From Alphaproteobacteria bacterium (GTDB lineage: Bacteria > Pseudomonadota > Alphaproteobacteria > UBA828 > JAPUJA01), in the NCBI GenBank assembly GCA_963694715.1, contig CAVOEB010000003.1, forward strand, positions 7,673 through 71,672: DNA of 64,000 nt, written 5' to 3'. The notes beneath the pieces are model-generated. The model searched no databases and was not told the DNA's origin. It worked only from the letters and a program-made list of their open reading frames with translations. Of this stretch, positions 18,054 through 28,387 are shown piece after piece; within the stretch, counting starts at the first letter, position 1; every line of letters begins with the position of its first letter. The position numbers were made by a program, and so were the translations under genes.

Positions 18054-19556
18054 CTAGCTCAATTCGATCCAGGTGGTCTTGACCTCGCAGTATTTATGAA
18101 TCGCGTCGATCGACTTGTCGCGCCCGATGCCCGACTGCTTGTAGCCGCCGAAGGGCGCGGAGAGGTCGGACGCATCGTATGTGTTGATGTAGACGAAGCC
18201 GGCCCGAAGCTCGCGCGCCGCCTTATGGGCGGCGGTGATGTCGCGGGTCCAAATGCCCGCCGCGAGGCCGAAATTCGAATCGTTGCCGATGGCAATCGCG
18301 TCGTCCACGTCGGTGCAGGTGATGACCGAGAGGACCGGGCCGAAGATCTCCTCTTGGGCGATGGTCATCTTGTTATCGACCTGGTCGAAGACCGTCGGCG
18401 GGATGTAGTAGCCGCCCGTCTCTTCGAGTACCCGCTCGCCGCCGATCACGAGGTTGGCACCCTCACTCTTGCCGCTGTCGATATAGCCGAGCACGCGGTT
18501 CATCTGGGTCTCGTCGACCATGGCGCCGTTCTCGGACGTGGGATCGAGCGGATCGCCTGGCGCGTAGGCATTGCTCTCGGCGATCAGCAGTTCCATCAGC
18601 TGGTCCTTGATCGAGTCCTGGACGATGAGGCGCGAGCCCGCGTTGCAAACCTCGCCCTGGTTGCCGAAGATCCCCGCCGCCGAGACCTTGGCGGCGACCG
18701 CCATGTCGGGGCAGTCGCCCATGACGATGTTGGGGCTCTTGCCGCCACACTCGAGCGAGACCCGCTTCATGTTCGACTGACCGGAATATTCGAGGAACTT
18801 CTTTCCGACCTCGGACGAGCCCGTGAACGTGATGCAATCGACATCCGGGTGCAGGCCGAGCGCGCGCCCGGTCAGCTCACCGATGCCGGGCAGGACGGTG
18901 AAGACGCCCTCGGGAATGCCGGCGGCGACCGCGAACTCGGCGGCGCGTAGTGCCGTCAGCGGCGACTGCTCGGCGGGTTTGAGGATGACCGAGTTGCCCG
19001 CGGCCAGCGCCGGCGCGATCTTCCAGCCGTAGGCGAGATAGAGCGGATAATTCCACGGCATCACCGCGGCGACCACGCCCATGGGCTCGTGGGTGACCAA
19101 GGCGAGCGCGTCGGTCCGGGTCGGCGCGATGCGATCGTAGACCTTGTCGATCGCCTCGGCGTACCAGCGCAGCGTCTTGACCGCGCCGGGGATGTCCGAC
19201 GACAGGGTGTGCTTGATCGGCTTGCCCGCGTCGATGGTTTCCATCACGGCAAGCTCTTCGGTGTGGTCCTCGATCAACTGGGCGAAGCGCATCAGCGCCG
19301 CCTTGCGGTCCTTGGGCGCCATATTGCGCCAGTCGCCCTTCTCGAACGCCGCACGGGCCGCTGCGACCGCCCGGTCGACGTCTTCCGCGCCGCAGTTCGC
19401 GACCTGGGTCAGCAGGGCGCCGTCGCACGGGCTGATGCAGTCGAAGGTCTCGCCCGACGCGGAAGCGACGTACTGGCCGCCGATGAACGCCTTGTTTTGA
19501 AGCGACAGGCCGGCGGCCTTGGCCTTCCACTGGTCGGTGGTGAGCATCTCGGGCAT
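18054..19556 (-). CDS. NAD(P)-dependent aldehyde dehydrogenase
   Basis: 500 aa. ALDH catalytic Cys and Glu motifs (LECGGKSP, GQGEVCNAGSRL, FTGSSEVGKKF). Confidence 0.85.
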   Translation of the reverse strand: MPEMLTTDQWKAKAAGLSLQNKAFIGGQYVASASGETFDCISPCDGALLTQVANCGAEDVDRAVAAARAAFEKGDWRNMAPKDRKAALMRFAQLIEDHTEELAVMETIDAGKPIKHTLSSDIPGAVKTLRWYAEAIDKVYDRIAPTRTDALALVTHEPMGVVAAVMPWNYPLYLAYGWKIAPALAAGNSVILKPAEQSPLTALRAAEFAVAAGIPEGVFTVLPGIGELTGRALGLHPDVDCITFTGSSEVGKKFLEYSGQSNMKRVSLECGGKSPNIVMGDCPDMAVAAKVSAAGIFGNQGEVCNAGSRLIVQDSIKDQLMELLIAESNAYAPGDPLDPTSENGAMVDETQMNRVLGYIDSGKSEGANLVIGGERVLEETGGYYIPPTVFDQVDNKMTIAQEEIFGPVLSVITCTDVDDAIAIGNDSNFGLAAGIWTRDITAAHKAARELRAGFVYINTYDASDLSAPFGGYKQSGIGRDKSIDAIHKYCEVKTTWIELS

Positions 19557-19611
19557 TGGTTTTCTCTCCCTTGAGCGTTATGGGGGACGGCGCCCGGTGG
19601 CGCGGCCCGAT

Positions 19612-20607
19612 CTATTTGTAGTTCTCGCCGTAGATTACGTGCATGCGCCAGAACTCGTCGACGCAGTATTCGGCCATGCCATCGATCCCCGCATCCTCGT
19701 CGCCCATGTTGCCGAACAGAGCGTTCATGCTCTTTTTAAGCTCCTCGGGGCTGAGCAGGCCGGAGCCGCAGGCGAGGACCCAGCAGAGCAGCGCGATGCG
19801 TGCCGAAGAGGTCATGCGCAGCGCGCGCTGTTTGTGCAGGCGTTCCTTGAACACCGCGTCCGACATCTCGCCGAAGTATTCACGCACGCAGAGCTCGTCG
19901 ATCTCGGGCGGCGCCGCCGAATAGGCGCACATCTCGGCGATGTCCCATTCGGGCAGGCCCCAGCCGCACAGATCGTAGTCGATCAGCCAGATCTTGCCGC
20001 TCCCGCGCTCCTGCATGATGTTGACGTACGCCATGTCGCCGTGACAGAGCACGGGCTTGTAGGGGCCGAACAGGGGCTCGAAGGTATTGACGACCTCGAT
20101 CATTTTGTTGGCTTCGGCCATGTGCTTGCAGCCGAGGTGGTTCGCGATCCAGCCCGCCTGGCGGGTGGCGTCGAAGGGCCAGAAATAGTCGATCGGGTAG
20201 TGGCAAAATTCCGGCGCCTTGGCCTGGAGGATCTTGATCAGGCGGATCACCTCGGTCACGTTTTCCGGCTTGTGCATGTCTTCGGCTTCGAAGTTGCGCC
20301 CCTCGATGAACTCGGAAACCTGGAGCAGGCGTTCGTCGTAGATGACCTTGGGCGAGACGCCCATGTCGGCGCCGGCGACCATGCCCGTGCGGATCGCCGA
20401 GACCGTGCCCCAGATATCGCGCAGATCAGCCGCCTGGCGGACCATGTACCTGGCTTGCTCGTCTTCGGCGACCCAGTTGCGGTTCTGCAGGCCGCCCCAG
20501 CGGCGTTCGAGTTTCAGCTCGCCCTTCCAGAGCGGCAGGGCGCGGATGTAGGCCTCGACCTCTGGAATGTTCCAGCTCCACTCGACTTCGTTCATACCCG
20601 ACATCAA
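19612..20607 (-). CDS. APH / choline-kinase-like phosphotransferase (paralog 2)
   Basis: 331 aa. LCHGDMAYVNIM (HGD catalytic loop) and IDYDLCGWG (DxD). Start overlaps the stop of the upstream kinase gene by 4 nt. Confidence 0.65.
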   Translation of the reverse strand: MMSGMNEVEWSWNIPEVEAYIRALPLWKGELKLERRWGGLQNRNWVAEDEQARYMVRQAADLRDIWGTVSAIRTGMVAGADMGVSPKVIYDERLLQVSEFIEGRNFEAEDMHKPENVTEVIRLIKILQAKAPEFCHYPIDYFWPFDATRQAGWIANHLGCKHMAEANKMIEVVNTFEPLFGPYKPVLCHGDMAYVNIMQERGSGKIWLIDYDLCGWGLPEWDIAEMCAYSAAPPEIDELCVREYFGEMSDAVFKERLHKQRALRMTSSARIALLCWVLACGSGLLSPEELKKSMNALFGNMGDEDAGIDGMAEYCVDEFWRMHVIYGENYK

Positions 20608-21617
20608 AAATCCCCTTTTTTCGGTCCTGATCCGTAGTCGTCGCGGCAGGTCTGCCAGAGGTCGCGGTAGCGGCCCCAGGCCAGCTCCATGAAGCCCTCG
20701 TAGCTGTCCTCGGCGTCCTCGTCAGGAAACGCCCGCGTCATGCTGCGGGCCGCATCTTCGTCCGATCTAGAGCCCTCGCAATCCTGAAGAATGCACCAGG
20801 TGACCTGGCGAAGATAGGAGGCGAGCTTGAAGGCGCGGTGCTCGCGCAGGCGCTGCGTCATCGTGGCCTCATCGAACGCGCCCAGGCTGCGCTCGAGGGC
20901 GAAGCGATCGAGCGCCTCGTCGGAGACGGCGTAGGCGCAGAGCTCGGCAATGTCCCACAGGGGGTGGTTAAAGCCACCGAAATCCCAGTCGATCAGCCAC
21001 AGCCGGTCACTGTGATCGAGCATGACGTTCACGTGGGCACAGTCGTTGTGAGAGAAGACCGGCCGATAGGGTTCGATGACGGGCTCGATTTTGTCGATCA
21101 CCTCGATCACCTCGGGGATCCGGCTGTGATGGGGCGAATCCGATTCCAGGCCGTAGCGCGCGTGATTGCGTACGCACAGAAAACCGTCGAAATAAACCGC
21201 GGGGTCGCGCACCGCGTGGGAGCCGGCGTGGAGCGGGGCGAACAGCTTGTCGATGATGCGGCCGACGACCGCAGGATCGGCGATTTCCTCTTCGCTCAGG
21301 ACCCGGCCCTCGATGAAATCCATGACGAACAGGTTGGGCTCGTAATGGGTAATCGGAGGCGAGATGCCGATCTCGGCCGCCGCGCGTGCGCAAGCTAGGA
21401 CGGAGGTCTGCACCGTGCCCAGGTGGGCGTTGTCGAAACCCAGCCGGGCGACCCGCTTGCCCGTCTCATCGGTGACCGTATAGCTGGAGTTCTGCATGCC
21501 GCCGATCAAGGGCTCAAGGACGGGCTCGCCCCGCCAGATCGGCAGCGCACGGATATAGTCCTCGATGCGTGATGGCGACCAGCCGCGCTCGATCAACTGC
21601 CTCTCCCTCGACCCCAT
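20604..21617 (-). CDS. APH / choline-kinase-like phosphotransferase (paralog 3)
   Basis: 337 aa. FSHNDCAHVNVM and IDWDFGGFN motifs. First gene of the long minus-strand array. Confidence 0.65.
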   Translation of the reverse strand: MGSRERQLIERGWSPSRIEDYIRALPIWRGEPVLEPLIGGMQNSSYTVTDETGKRVARLGFDNAHLGTVQTSVLACARAAAEIGISPPITHYEPNLFVMDFIEGRVLSEEEIADPAVVGRIIDKLFAPLHAGSHAVRDPAVYFDGFLCVRNHARYGLESDSPHHSRIPEVIEVIDKIEPVIEPYRPVFSHNDCAHVNVMLDHSDRLWLIDWDFGGFNHPLWDIAELCAYAVSDEALDRFALERSLGAFDEATMTQRLREHRAFKLASYLRQVTWCILQDCEGSRSDEDAARSMTRAFPDEDAEDSYEGFMELAWGRYRDLWQTCRDDYGSGPKKGDF

Positions 21618-21834
21618 CGCGGCCTGTTTCTTAACACTCTAGGCGCGCGGTACTATGGCGTCGTCGCCGAAATTTTAGGGGCGGAGTTGTCAAAAGTCAC
21701 CCGGAAATGGGGCAAAAAACGACAAGAATCCACAGAGCCGAATTGACCGTACTACAGGCAGGTGCCATGGTCGGGTTAAGAACGACGCGGCCGCGAGCGC
21801 CCCGATCCGGGCCGTTCAGAGAGCCGCGAGGGAG
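21618..21834. promoter_or_regulatory. Divergent promoter region between the minus-strand kinase/oxidase array and the plus-strand TPP-enzyme operon
   Basis: A 217-bp non-coding gap, comparatively AT-rich (ttgtcaaaagtcacccggaaatggggcaaaaaacgacaagaat), between divergent gene starts. No specific operator was identified. Confidence 0.3.
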
Positions 21835-23565
21835 ATGGGGGAGATGAGCGCAGCCGGTTCCGGCGCGGGCTCCAATTTGACCGCTGCCCAGGCTATCGTC
21901 ACGGCGCTGGGCCGCCACGGCGTCACGTTCATGCTCGGCCAGAGCAACCCGATCTCGCTGTTTCTGGCTGCCGAAGAGTTAGGCATCCGCCAGATCGCGT
22001 ATCGCACCGAAAACGCGGGCACGGTGATGGCCGACGGCTTCGCGCGGATTTCGGGAAGGGTGCCCGTGGTCACCGCCCAGAACGGCCCGGCGGCGACGCT
22101 GCTCGTGCCCGGTCTCGCCGAGGCGCTGTGCGCGTCGGTTCCCATCGTCGCCCTGGTCCAGGACGTACCCCGCCCGCGGGTCGACAAGAATGCCTTCCAG
22201 GAGCTTGACCATATTGCCCTATTCCAGGGCGTGACCAAGTGGCTGCGCCGGGTCAACGACGCAAGCCGCATCGACGATTATATTGACATGGCCTTCACCG
22301 CCGCCGCGACCGGGCGGCCCGGCCCGGCGGTCCTGCTTCTGCCCTGGGACCTGATGGATGAGCCCGAGGCGCCGGGCGCGCGGCGGCGCGCCGAGCTGGG
22401 CGGCTATCCTCTCGACCGCACTATCGCCGATCCGGGCGCGATTGCCGAGGCTGCCCGGCTGCTCGCGGGCGCGCGCCGGCCGCTGGCCTATGCCGGGGGC
22501 GGGGTCCATCTCTCGCAGGCCACGGCGGAACTCGCACAATTGCAGGAGAGTGCGTCGCTTGCGGTGGCGACGACCTCGATGGGCAAGGGCGCGGTGGCCG
22601 ACGGTCATCCGCTCTCGCTCGGCGTGATCGGCTATTTCATGGGCCCGCGCAGTGCGACCCGCTACATGCGCCCGCTGGTCGACGAAGCCGACGTCATCCT
22701 GCTGGTCGGCAACCGGACCAACCAGAATGGCACCGATAGCTGGACCCTGCTGCCTGAGGGCGCGCAGCTCATCCATCTCGACGTGGACGGCAACGAGGTC
22801 GGGCGCAATTACGAGGCCCTGCGCCTGGTCGGCGACGCCAAGCTGACCCTGGCGGCGCTGACTAAGCAGCTCAAGCGTGCAGGCCTGGCCAAGCGCAAGA
22901 AGGCTCGCGCACCGCTGGAAAAACGCATCGCGGCAGCCAAGCAAAAATATGCCTGCGAGGCGGCGGGCATGCTTGGCGCCGGCGGCTCACCGGCCCGCCC
23001 CGAACGGCTGATGGCAGAGCTCGACGCCGTGCTCAGGCCCCACGACATCGTCGTCGCCGATGCCAGCTATTCCTCGGTCTGGGTCGCGAACTATCTGCAT
23101 GCGCAGGCGGCGGGCCAGCGCTTTCTAAGCCCTCGCGGCATGGCGGGGTTGGGCTGGGGCCTGCCCATGGCGCTGGGCGCGAAGCTCGCGAGCCCGGAGG
23201 CTAACGTCTTCTGTCTCGCCGGCGACGGCGGCTTCGCCCATGTCTGGTCGGAGCTTGAAACCAGCCGCAGGCACGGGCTTAAAGTGATCCTCACGGTGCT
23301 CAACAACGGCATTCTCGGCTATCAGCGCGACGCCGAGGACGTGCTCTATAAGAACCACACCACGGCGGTGGAGCTTGCGCCCATCGACCACGCGGCGGTG
23401 GCGCGGGCCTGCGGGCTGAACGGGGTGCGCATCGAGCGGGGCGAGGATTACGGCGCTGCGCTGGCCGCGGCCATCGCGGCTCCCGAGACCACCCTGATCG
23501 ACGTGATCACCGACCCCGCTGCCTATCCGCCGATCACGTTTTACGAACAGAAGATCGACCACTGA
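21835..23565 (+). CDS. Thiamine-pyrophosphate enzyme (acetolactate-synthase large-subunit-like)
   Basis: 576 aa. Pyr-N domain (TENAGTVMADGFARISGRVPVV), central domain, TPP-binding C-terminus (GLGWGLPMALGAKLA...CLAGDGGF). Confidence 0.75.
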   Translation: MGEMSAAGSGAGSNLTAAQAIVTALGRHGVTFMLGQSNPISLFLAAEELGIRQIAYRTENAGTVMADGFARISGRVPVVTAQNGPAATLLVPGLAEALCASVPIVALVQDVPRPRVDKNAFQELDHIALFQGVTKWLRRVNDASRIDDYIDMAFTAAATGRPGPAVLLLPWDLMDEPEAPGARRRAELGGYPLDRTIADPGAIAEAARLLAGARRPLAYAGGGVHLSQATAELAQLQESASLAVATTSMGKGAVADGHPLSLGVIGYFMGPRSATRYMRPLVDEADVILLVGNRTNQNGTDSWTLLPEGAQLIHLDVDGNEVGRNYEALRLVGDAKLTLAALTKQLKRAGLAKRKKARAPLEKRIAAAKQKYACEAAGMLGAGGSPARPERLMAELDAVLRPHDIVVADASYSSVWVANYLHAQAAGQRFLSPRGMAGLGWGLPMALGAKLASPEANVFCLAGDGGFAHVWSELETSRRHGLKVILTVLNNGILGYQRDAEDVLYKNHTTAVELAPIDHAAVARACGLNGVRIERGEDYGAALAAAIAAPETTLIDVITDPAAYPPITFYEQKIDH

Positions 23566-23580
23566 CCCGGAGGCGTTGCC

Positions 23581-24600
23581 ATGGCCGAGACCAACCAAAA
23601 AATCCTATTCACCGCCCGGCCCGAGACCTGGCCCGGCCCCGAGACCTTCGAGATTGTCGAGACCGCCATGCCCGAGCCGGGCGAGGGCGAAATCCTGGTG
23701 CGCAATATCGTCCTCTCGCTAGATCCCTACATGCGCGGGCGGATGCGCGACGTCAAATCCTACGTCGAGGGTTTCGCGCTGGGCGAGGTACTCCAGGCCG
23801 GCGTGATCGGCGAGGTGATCGCGGCGAAAGGCGAGACCAAATTTGCGGTCGGCGACTACGTCAGTGGGCTGCTCGGTTGGGAGCAATATTCGGTCTCGAC
23901 GGGTCAGGGCATAGCCAGGATCGATCCGGCTGTCGCACCGCTGAGCGCCAACTTGGGCATCCTTGGAATGCCGGGCTTTACGGCTTACGTCGGGCTGCTC
24001 GATATCGGCCAGCCGAAACCGGGCGAGACGGTCTACGTCTCTGCCGCGGCGAGCACCGTGGGCAGCGCGGTGGGCCAGATAGCCAAGCTCAAGGGCTGCT
24101 TTGTCGCGGGTAGCGTGGGCTCGGCGGAGAAGGTCGAGGTCTGCTTGTCGCGCTTCGGCTATGACGCCTGCTTCAACTACAAGGAGGCGGACAAGCTGCA
24201 CCGGGCGGTGCGCGAGGCCTGCCCCGACGGCGTCGACGTCTATTTCGAGAATGTCGGCGGCGCCATGCTCGACGCGGTGCTGCTCAACATCAACACGGGC
24301 GCGCGCATTCCGCTCTGCGGCATGATCTCGCAATATAATCTCGCCGCGCCGGAAGGCATCAACAACCTCACCATGCTGCTGCTCAACCGCGCGGTGTTGC
24401 AAGGTTTCATCATCATCGACCATTTCGACCGCTGGCCCGCCTTCGTCGCCGACATGACCGGCTGGCTCGAGGCGGGCAAGGTCGATTACGCCGAGCACAT
24501 CACCGACGGCCTGGCCAACGCGCCCGCCGCCTTCGTCGACATGCTCAAGGGCGCCCACCTGGGTAAGTCCGTGGTCCGCATCGGACCGGACCGGACCTGA
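23581..24600 (+). CDS. NADP-dependent MDR-family oxidoreductase (YncB / alkenal-reductase-like)
   Basis: 339 aa. GETVYVSAAASTVGSAVGQIAKLKGCFVAGSVGS cofactor motif. Confidence 0.75.
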   Translation: MAETNQKILFTARPETWPGPETFEIVETAMPEPGEGEILVRNIVLSLDPYMRGRMRDVKSYVEGFALGEVLQAGVIGEVIAAKGETKFAVGDYVSGLLGWEQYSVSTGQGIARIDPAVAPLSANLGILGMPGFTAYVGLLDIGQPKPGETVYVSAAASTVGSAVGQIAKLKGCFVAGSVGSAEKVEVCLSRFGYDACFNYKEADKLHRAVREACPDGVDVYFENVGGAMLDAVLLNINTGARIPLCGMISQYNLAAPEGINNLTMLLLNRAVLQGFIIIDHFDRWPAFVADMTGWLEAGKVDYAEHITDGLANAPAAFVDMLKGAHLGKSVVRIGPDRT

Positions 24601-24656
24601 GCGGCGGACTTGACCGGCCGCGCGGCGGCGGCAACTACCTGCGGCGAGCACAGGCT

Positions 24657-26300
24657 TTGGGAGCCCGACGGACGATGCGCGGATTGATGCAGGACTGGCC
24701 ATTGCTGGTGCCCACGCTGCTCGATCATGCGGCGCTCTATCATCACGATACGAAAATCGTTTCACGTTCCGTTGAAGGCCCGATTGTTCGTTCAACCTGG
24801 GCCGAGGTGGCCGCGCGGGCGCGCCGCGCGGCCGCCGCGCTGGCGGCGCTGGGGGTTACGCCGGGCGAGCCGGTTGCGACCCTAGCCTGGAACGGCTTTC
24901 GCCATCTCGAATTATTCTACGCCATTCCCGGCGCGGGCGCGGTTTGCCACACGGTCAATCCGCGCCTGTTTCGCGCCGAGATGGCCTACATCTTCAACAA
25001 TGCGGGCGATCGCATCGTTTTCCTCGACCTCGACTTCGTGCCGATGATGGAGGAGCTGGCGGACGAGCTACCCACGGTGGAGCGCTTCGTGCTGCTGTGC
25101 GACGAGGCGGCCATGCCCGAAACCAGCCTGCGCGGCGCCTGCGCCTACGAAACCCTGATCGCGGCGCACGAGCCCGCCGCCGAATGGGCGCGCGCCGACG
25201 AAAACGATGCGTGCGGGCTGTGCTACACCTCGGGCACCACGGGCACGCCCAAGGGGGTGCTCTACAGTCACCGCGCGCTGGTGCTCCACGCCTGGATGCT
25301 GGCCTCCGCCGATAGCTGCGGTTACACCAGCGGAGACATCATCCTGCCCGTGGTGCCGATGTTTCACGCCAACTGCTGGGGTATCCCCCATGTCAGCGCG
25401 ATGTGTGGTGCGGGCCTGGTGCTGCCCGGCCGCGAGCTCGGCGGCGAAGCGATCTACGAGCTACTCGATTCCGAGCGCGTTACGGTCACGTTGGGCGTGC
25501 CGACCGTCTGGCTCGCGCTGCTCGATTACCTCGAGACCAGCGGCAAGCGGTTCGATCATCCGCTCCGGCTGCTCACGGGCGGGGCGGCCATGGCGCGCGC
25601 CGTCATGGAACGCTTCGAGCGCGACTATGGCGTCAAGGTGCTGCACGCCTGGGGCATGACCGAGATGTGCCCGGTCGGCACGACGCCCTGCCTCAAGGCC
25701 CGCCACGACGAGCTGCCCCTGGAGCAACGACTCGACTGGATGGTGGGCCAGGGGCGTTCGGTCTACGGCTGCGAGCTGCGCACCGTCGACGACGGCGGCG
25801 TTGAGCTACCCAGGAACGGCAAGAGCGCGGGGCACCTGATGGTGCGCGGGCCGTGGATCGCGGCGGGCTATTTCCGCCACGAGGGCGGCGAGATTCTCGA
25901 CGCCGAGGGCTGGTTCGACACCGGCGACGTCGCGACGCTGGACCAAGACGGCTACATGCGGATTACCGACCGGTCGAAGGACGTGATCAAGTCGGGCGGC
26001 GAATGGATCAGCTCCATCGACCTCGAAAACGCTGCCCTCGCCCATCCCGGCGTCGCGGAAGCCGGCGCCATCGGCCTGCCGCATCCGAAGTGGGACGAGC
26101 GCCCGCTGCTCGTCGTCGTCAAGGCGGAGGGGGCAAGTGTGGGGCCGGCGGAAATCCTCGACCTGTTGCGCGGCAAATTCGCTAAGTGGCAATTGCCCGA
26201 CGATATCATCTTTGTCGACGAATTGCCCCACACGGCGACGGGCAAGATCTCGAAGCGAGGCTTACGCGAGCGCTTCGCCGATCACGTCTGGGGAGAGTGA
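24657..26300 (+). CDS. AMP-dependent synthetase/ligase (acyl-CoA ligase)
   Basis: 547 aa. [15 protein letters not shown]-binding motif, GWFDTGD, and a C-terminal GKISKR. Confidence 0.8.
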   Translation: MGARRTMRGLMQDWPLLVPTLLDHAALYHHDTKIVSRSVEGPIVRSTWAEVAARARRAAAALAALGVTPGEPVATLAWNGFRHLELFYAIPGAGAVCHTVNPRLFRAEMAYIFNNAGDRIVFLDLDFVPMMEELADELPTVERFVLLCDEAAMPETSLRGACAYETLIAAHEPAAEWARADENDACGLCYTSGTTGTPKGVLYSHRALVLHAWMLASADSCGYTSGDIILPVVPMFHANCWGIPHVSAMCGAGLVLPGRELGGEAIYELLDSERVTVTLGVPTVWLALLDYLETSGKRFDHPLRLLTGGAAMARAVMERFERDYGVKVLHAWGMTEMCPVGTTPCLKARHDELPLEQRLDWMVGQGRSVYGCELRTVDDGGVELPRNGKSAGHLMVRGPWIAAGYFRHEGGEILDAEGWFDTGDVATLDQDGYMRITDRSKDVIKSGGEWISSIDLENAALAHPGVAEAGAIGLPHPKWDERPLLVVVKAEGASVGPAEILDLLRGKFAKWQLPDDIIFVDELPHTATGKISKRGLRERFADHVWGE

Positions 26301-26307
26301 GAACGCG

Positions 26308-27114
26308 CTAGCGCGGCCGGTCGGGGCGGAGCGCGTCGAGCGTGGGGTCGAGCAGGGTATGGTCGCCGACCACGACGACCTCTTCCATCGAGCCCCAGCC
26401 CATGGATTCGCCGTGCCAGTCGGTGATCCGTCCGCCGCCGCCCTCGACGATGGGCAGCATGGGCATGTAGTCGTGGGGTTTCATGCCGCCGTCGACCACT
26501 ATGTCGCAGTGGCCCGCGGCGAGGAGGCCGTAGGAATAGGCGAAGCCGCCGTAATTGACGATCCGTACCCGGTCGGAGAGCGCCATGAAGCGATCGCGAT
26601 CGGCGCCGAAGAAATAGTTGGGCCCGGCGCAGAGCAGCACGGCGTTTTCGATGTGCGCGCAACTGCGCACCTTGGCGGGCTTGCCGTCGAACAAGGTGGC
26701 GTGACCGCGCGCGCCGATCCAGCGCTGGCGAAGTGCGGGGTGGTCGATCACGCCCAGGATCGGCCGGCGGTGGTGGAGCAGGGTGATCAGCATGCCGAAC
26801 ATGGGCATGCCGGCGACGAAGGCGGCGGTGCCGTCGATGGGATCGAGCAGCCAGACATAGTCCGCATCCTCGCCTTCGGGCGGAAACTCCTCGCCCATGA
26901 TGCCGTGGGCGGGCCAGGCCTCGCGAATCATCTGGCGCATCAGCTCTTCGCCGTCCTTGTCGGCCACGGTGACCGGGCTGTTGTCCGCCTTGTGGATGAC
27001 CTCGAAGGGGGTCTGGAAGTAGCCGAGCGCGTGGCGCCCGTTGGCGTTGGCCAGCTCGGCCGCGAAGGCGATGAACTCGTCGGGGCAACGCTCAATGATC
27101 GAGGTCTCGGGCAT
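26308..27114 (-). CDS. IMPase-family phosphatase (histidinol-phosphatase-like), intact paralog
   Basis: Start MPETSIIERCPDEF. WLLDPIDGTAAF and HDYMPMLPIVEGGGGRITDW motifs. The track ORF extension to 27540 was rejected. Confidence 0.7.
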   Translation of the reverse strand: MPETSIIERCPDEFIAFAAELANANGRHALGYFQTPFEVIHKADNSPVTVADKDGEELMRQMIREAWPAHGIMGEEFPPEGEDADYVWLLDPIDGTAAFVAGMPMFGMLITLLHHRRPILGVIDHPALRQRWIGARGHATLFDGKPAKVRSCAHIENAVLLCAGPNYFFGADRDRFMALSDRVRIVNYGGFAYSYGLLAAGHCDIVVDGGMKPHDYMPMLPIVEGGGGRITDWHGESMGWGSMEEVVVVGDHTLLDPTLDALRPDRPR

Positions 27115-27233
27115 CGGGGCTCCTGTTCCCGTTCCGCTTTGGCTGCGTGACGCGAAACGGTGTTCCGTCGCCGCGTAAGCTTTTCCCGCGGTTTCCTGTT
27201 CGGGCGGGCCGCCCGGCTTTCTCGAATTTCCCA

Positions 27234-28196
27234 CTAGCTCTCCTGGTAGGTGGCGAGCAGCCGATGGTGGCGCTCGGTGTTCATGACCGAATAGATACTG
27301 TAGTCGAAGGCGATGGGGCGCGGCGTGACCTCGGCGAGGTAGCTCCACACCGTCTCGCGCACGGACGCCGCCATCACCATCGCCATCAGCCGCTTGTAGC
27401 CGGGATCGTCGAGCGGTGCGCCATCGTAGGCGGTGGACATGATAGAGGCCTCGTCGCGGTTCATCTCGGCGTTCATGGCGATGCCCGCGAGGTCGAATAG
27501 GTGGGAATCGTAGCCGGCATACTCCCAGTCCACGATCCACAGCTTCTCGCCGTCGTCGATGATGTTCTGGGGCAGCATGTCGTTATGGGCGAAGACGAGG
27601 TTCACGGCGCTGATGACGGCCTCAGCCTCGGCCATCAGCGCGCGCATGGCAGGAATTTCCGCCGCCCAGCGCGGATCGAGCTGCGCTTTGTGCGCCTCGG
27701 TCTGGTCCATCAGCCAGCGGTTGTGATGGAACGGCCAGAACATGAAGCCCGGCCCCGTGAGATGCTTATAGGCTTCGTCGTGATAGCGCCGGATGGTCCG
27801 GCCCAGCCGCTCAAGGGTTTCGGGCTGGCGCACGTCGTCGGGCTTGAGCGCCTTGCCCTCGATGAAGCGCATTACGGTGACGTCGCCCTCGGCAAAGACC
27901 ACTTCAGGCGCGACGCCCGCCGCGTGCATGGCGCGCATGGCGATCAGCTCGTTTGCGTGCACGACACCGAAGGTAGGCACGTCGCCGCCCACGCGCACGA
28001 CGTATTTTCCGGTCTCGTCCTCGACCACGAGATTAACGGTCGAAAGACCGCCGCTCAGGTTTTTCGGCGCAATCGAGCCCTTCCACAGCGGCAGCGCCAG
28101 GGCCTTCTCGGTGGCCCGTGCAATCTGCTCCGCGCTCGCGCCGGCCTCCGCGATCTGGTCGAAGGTGGCGTCGCCGCCCCGGTTCGGTTCGCTCAC
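27234..28196 (-). CDS. APH / choline-kinase-like phosphotransferase (paralog 4)
   Basis: 320 aa. FAHNDMLPQNII and VDWEYAGYD motifs. Same kinase-then-phosphatase order as 9232-10194 / 8534-9235. Confidence 0.7.
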   Translation of the reverse strand: MSEPNRGGDATFDQIAEAGASAEQIARATEKALALPLWKGSIAPKNLSGGLSTVNLVVEDETGKYVVRVGGDVPTFGVVHANELIAMRAMHAAGVAPEVVFAEGDVTVMRFIEGKALKPDDVRQPETLERLGRTIRRYHDEAYKHLTGPGFMFWPFHHNRWLMDQTEAHKAQLDPRWAAEIPAMRALMAEAEAVISAVNLVFAHNDMLPQNIIDDGEKLWIVDWEYAGYDSHLFDLAGIAMNAEMNRDEASIMSTAYDGAPLDDPGYKRLMAMVMAASVRETVWSYLAEVTPRPIAFDYSIYSVMNTERHHRLLATYQES

Positions 28197-28387
28197 GTTG
28201 ATCCTCTCCGCAACACTCCCGGCGCCCGTCGGCGCCCCGGGGCAGATAGAGTTACCGCATGCGCGCGTGGGCGCAAGCGCGAAGGTGCCCGGGCTGCACG
28301 ACCGGGTCTTGACGGGGCCGGTGGGTTAGGCAAAGTTGGTCCGTGATCCACGCGGGCCAACCCGCAGGCAAGGGGTAGAGTGAGCCA

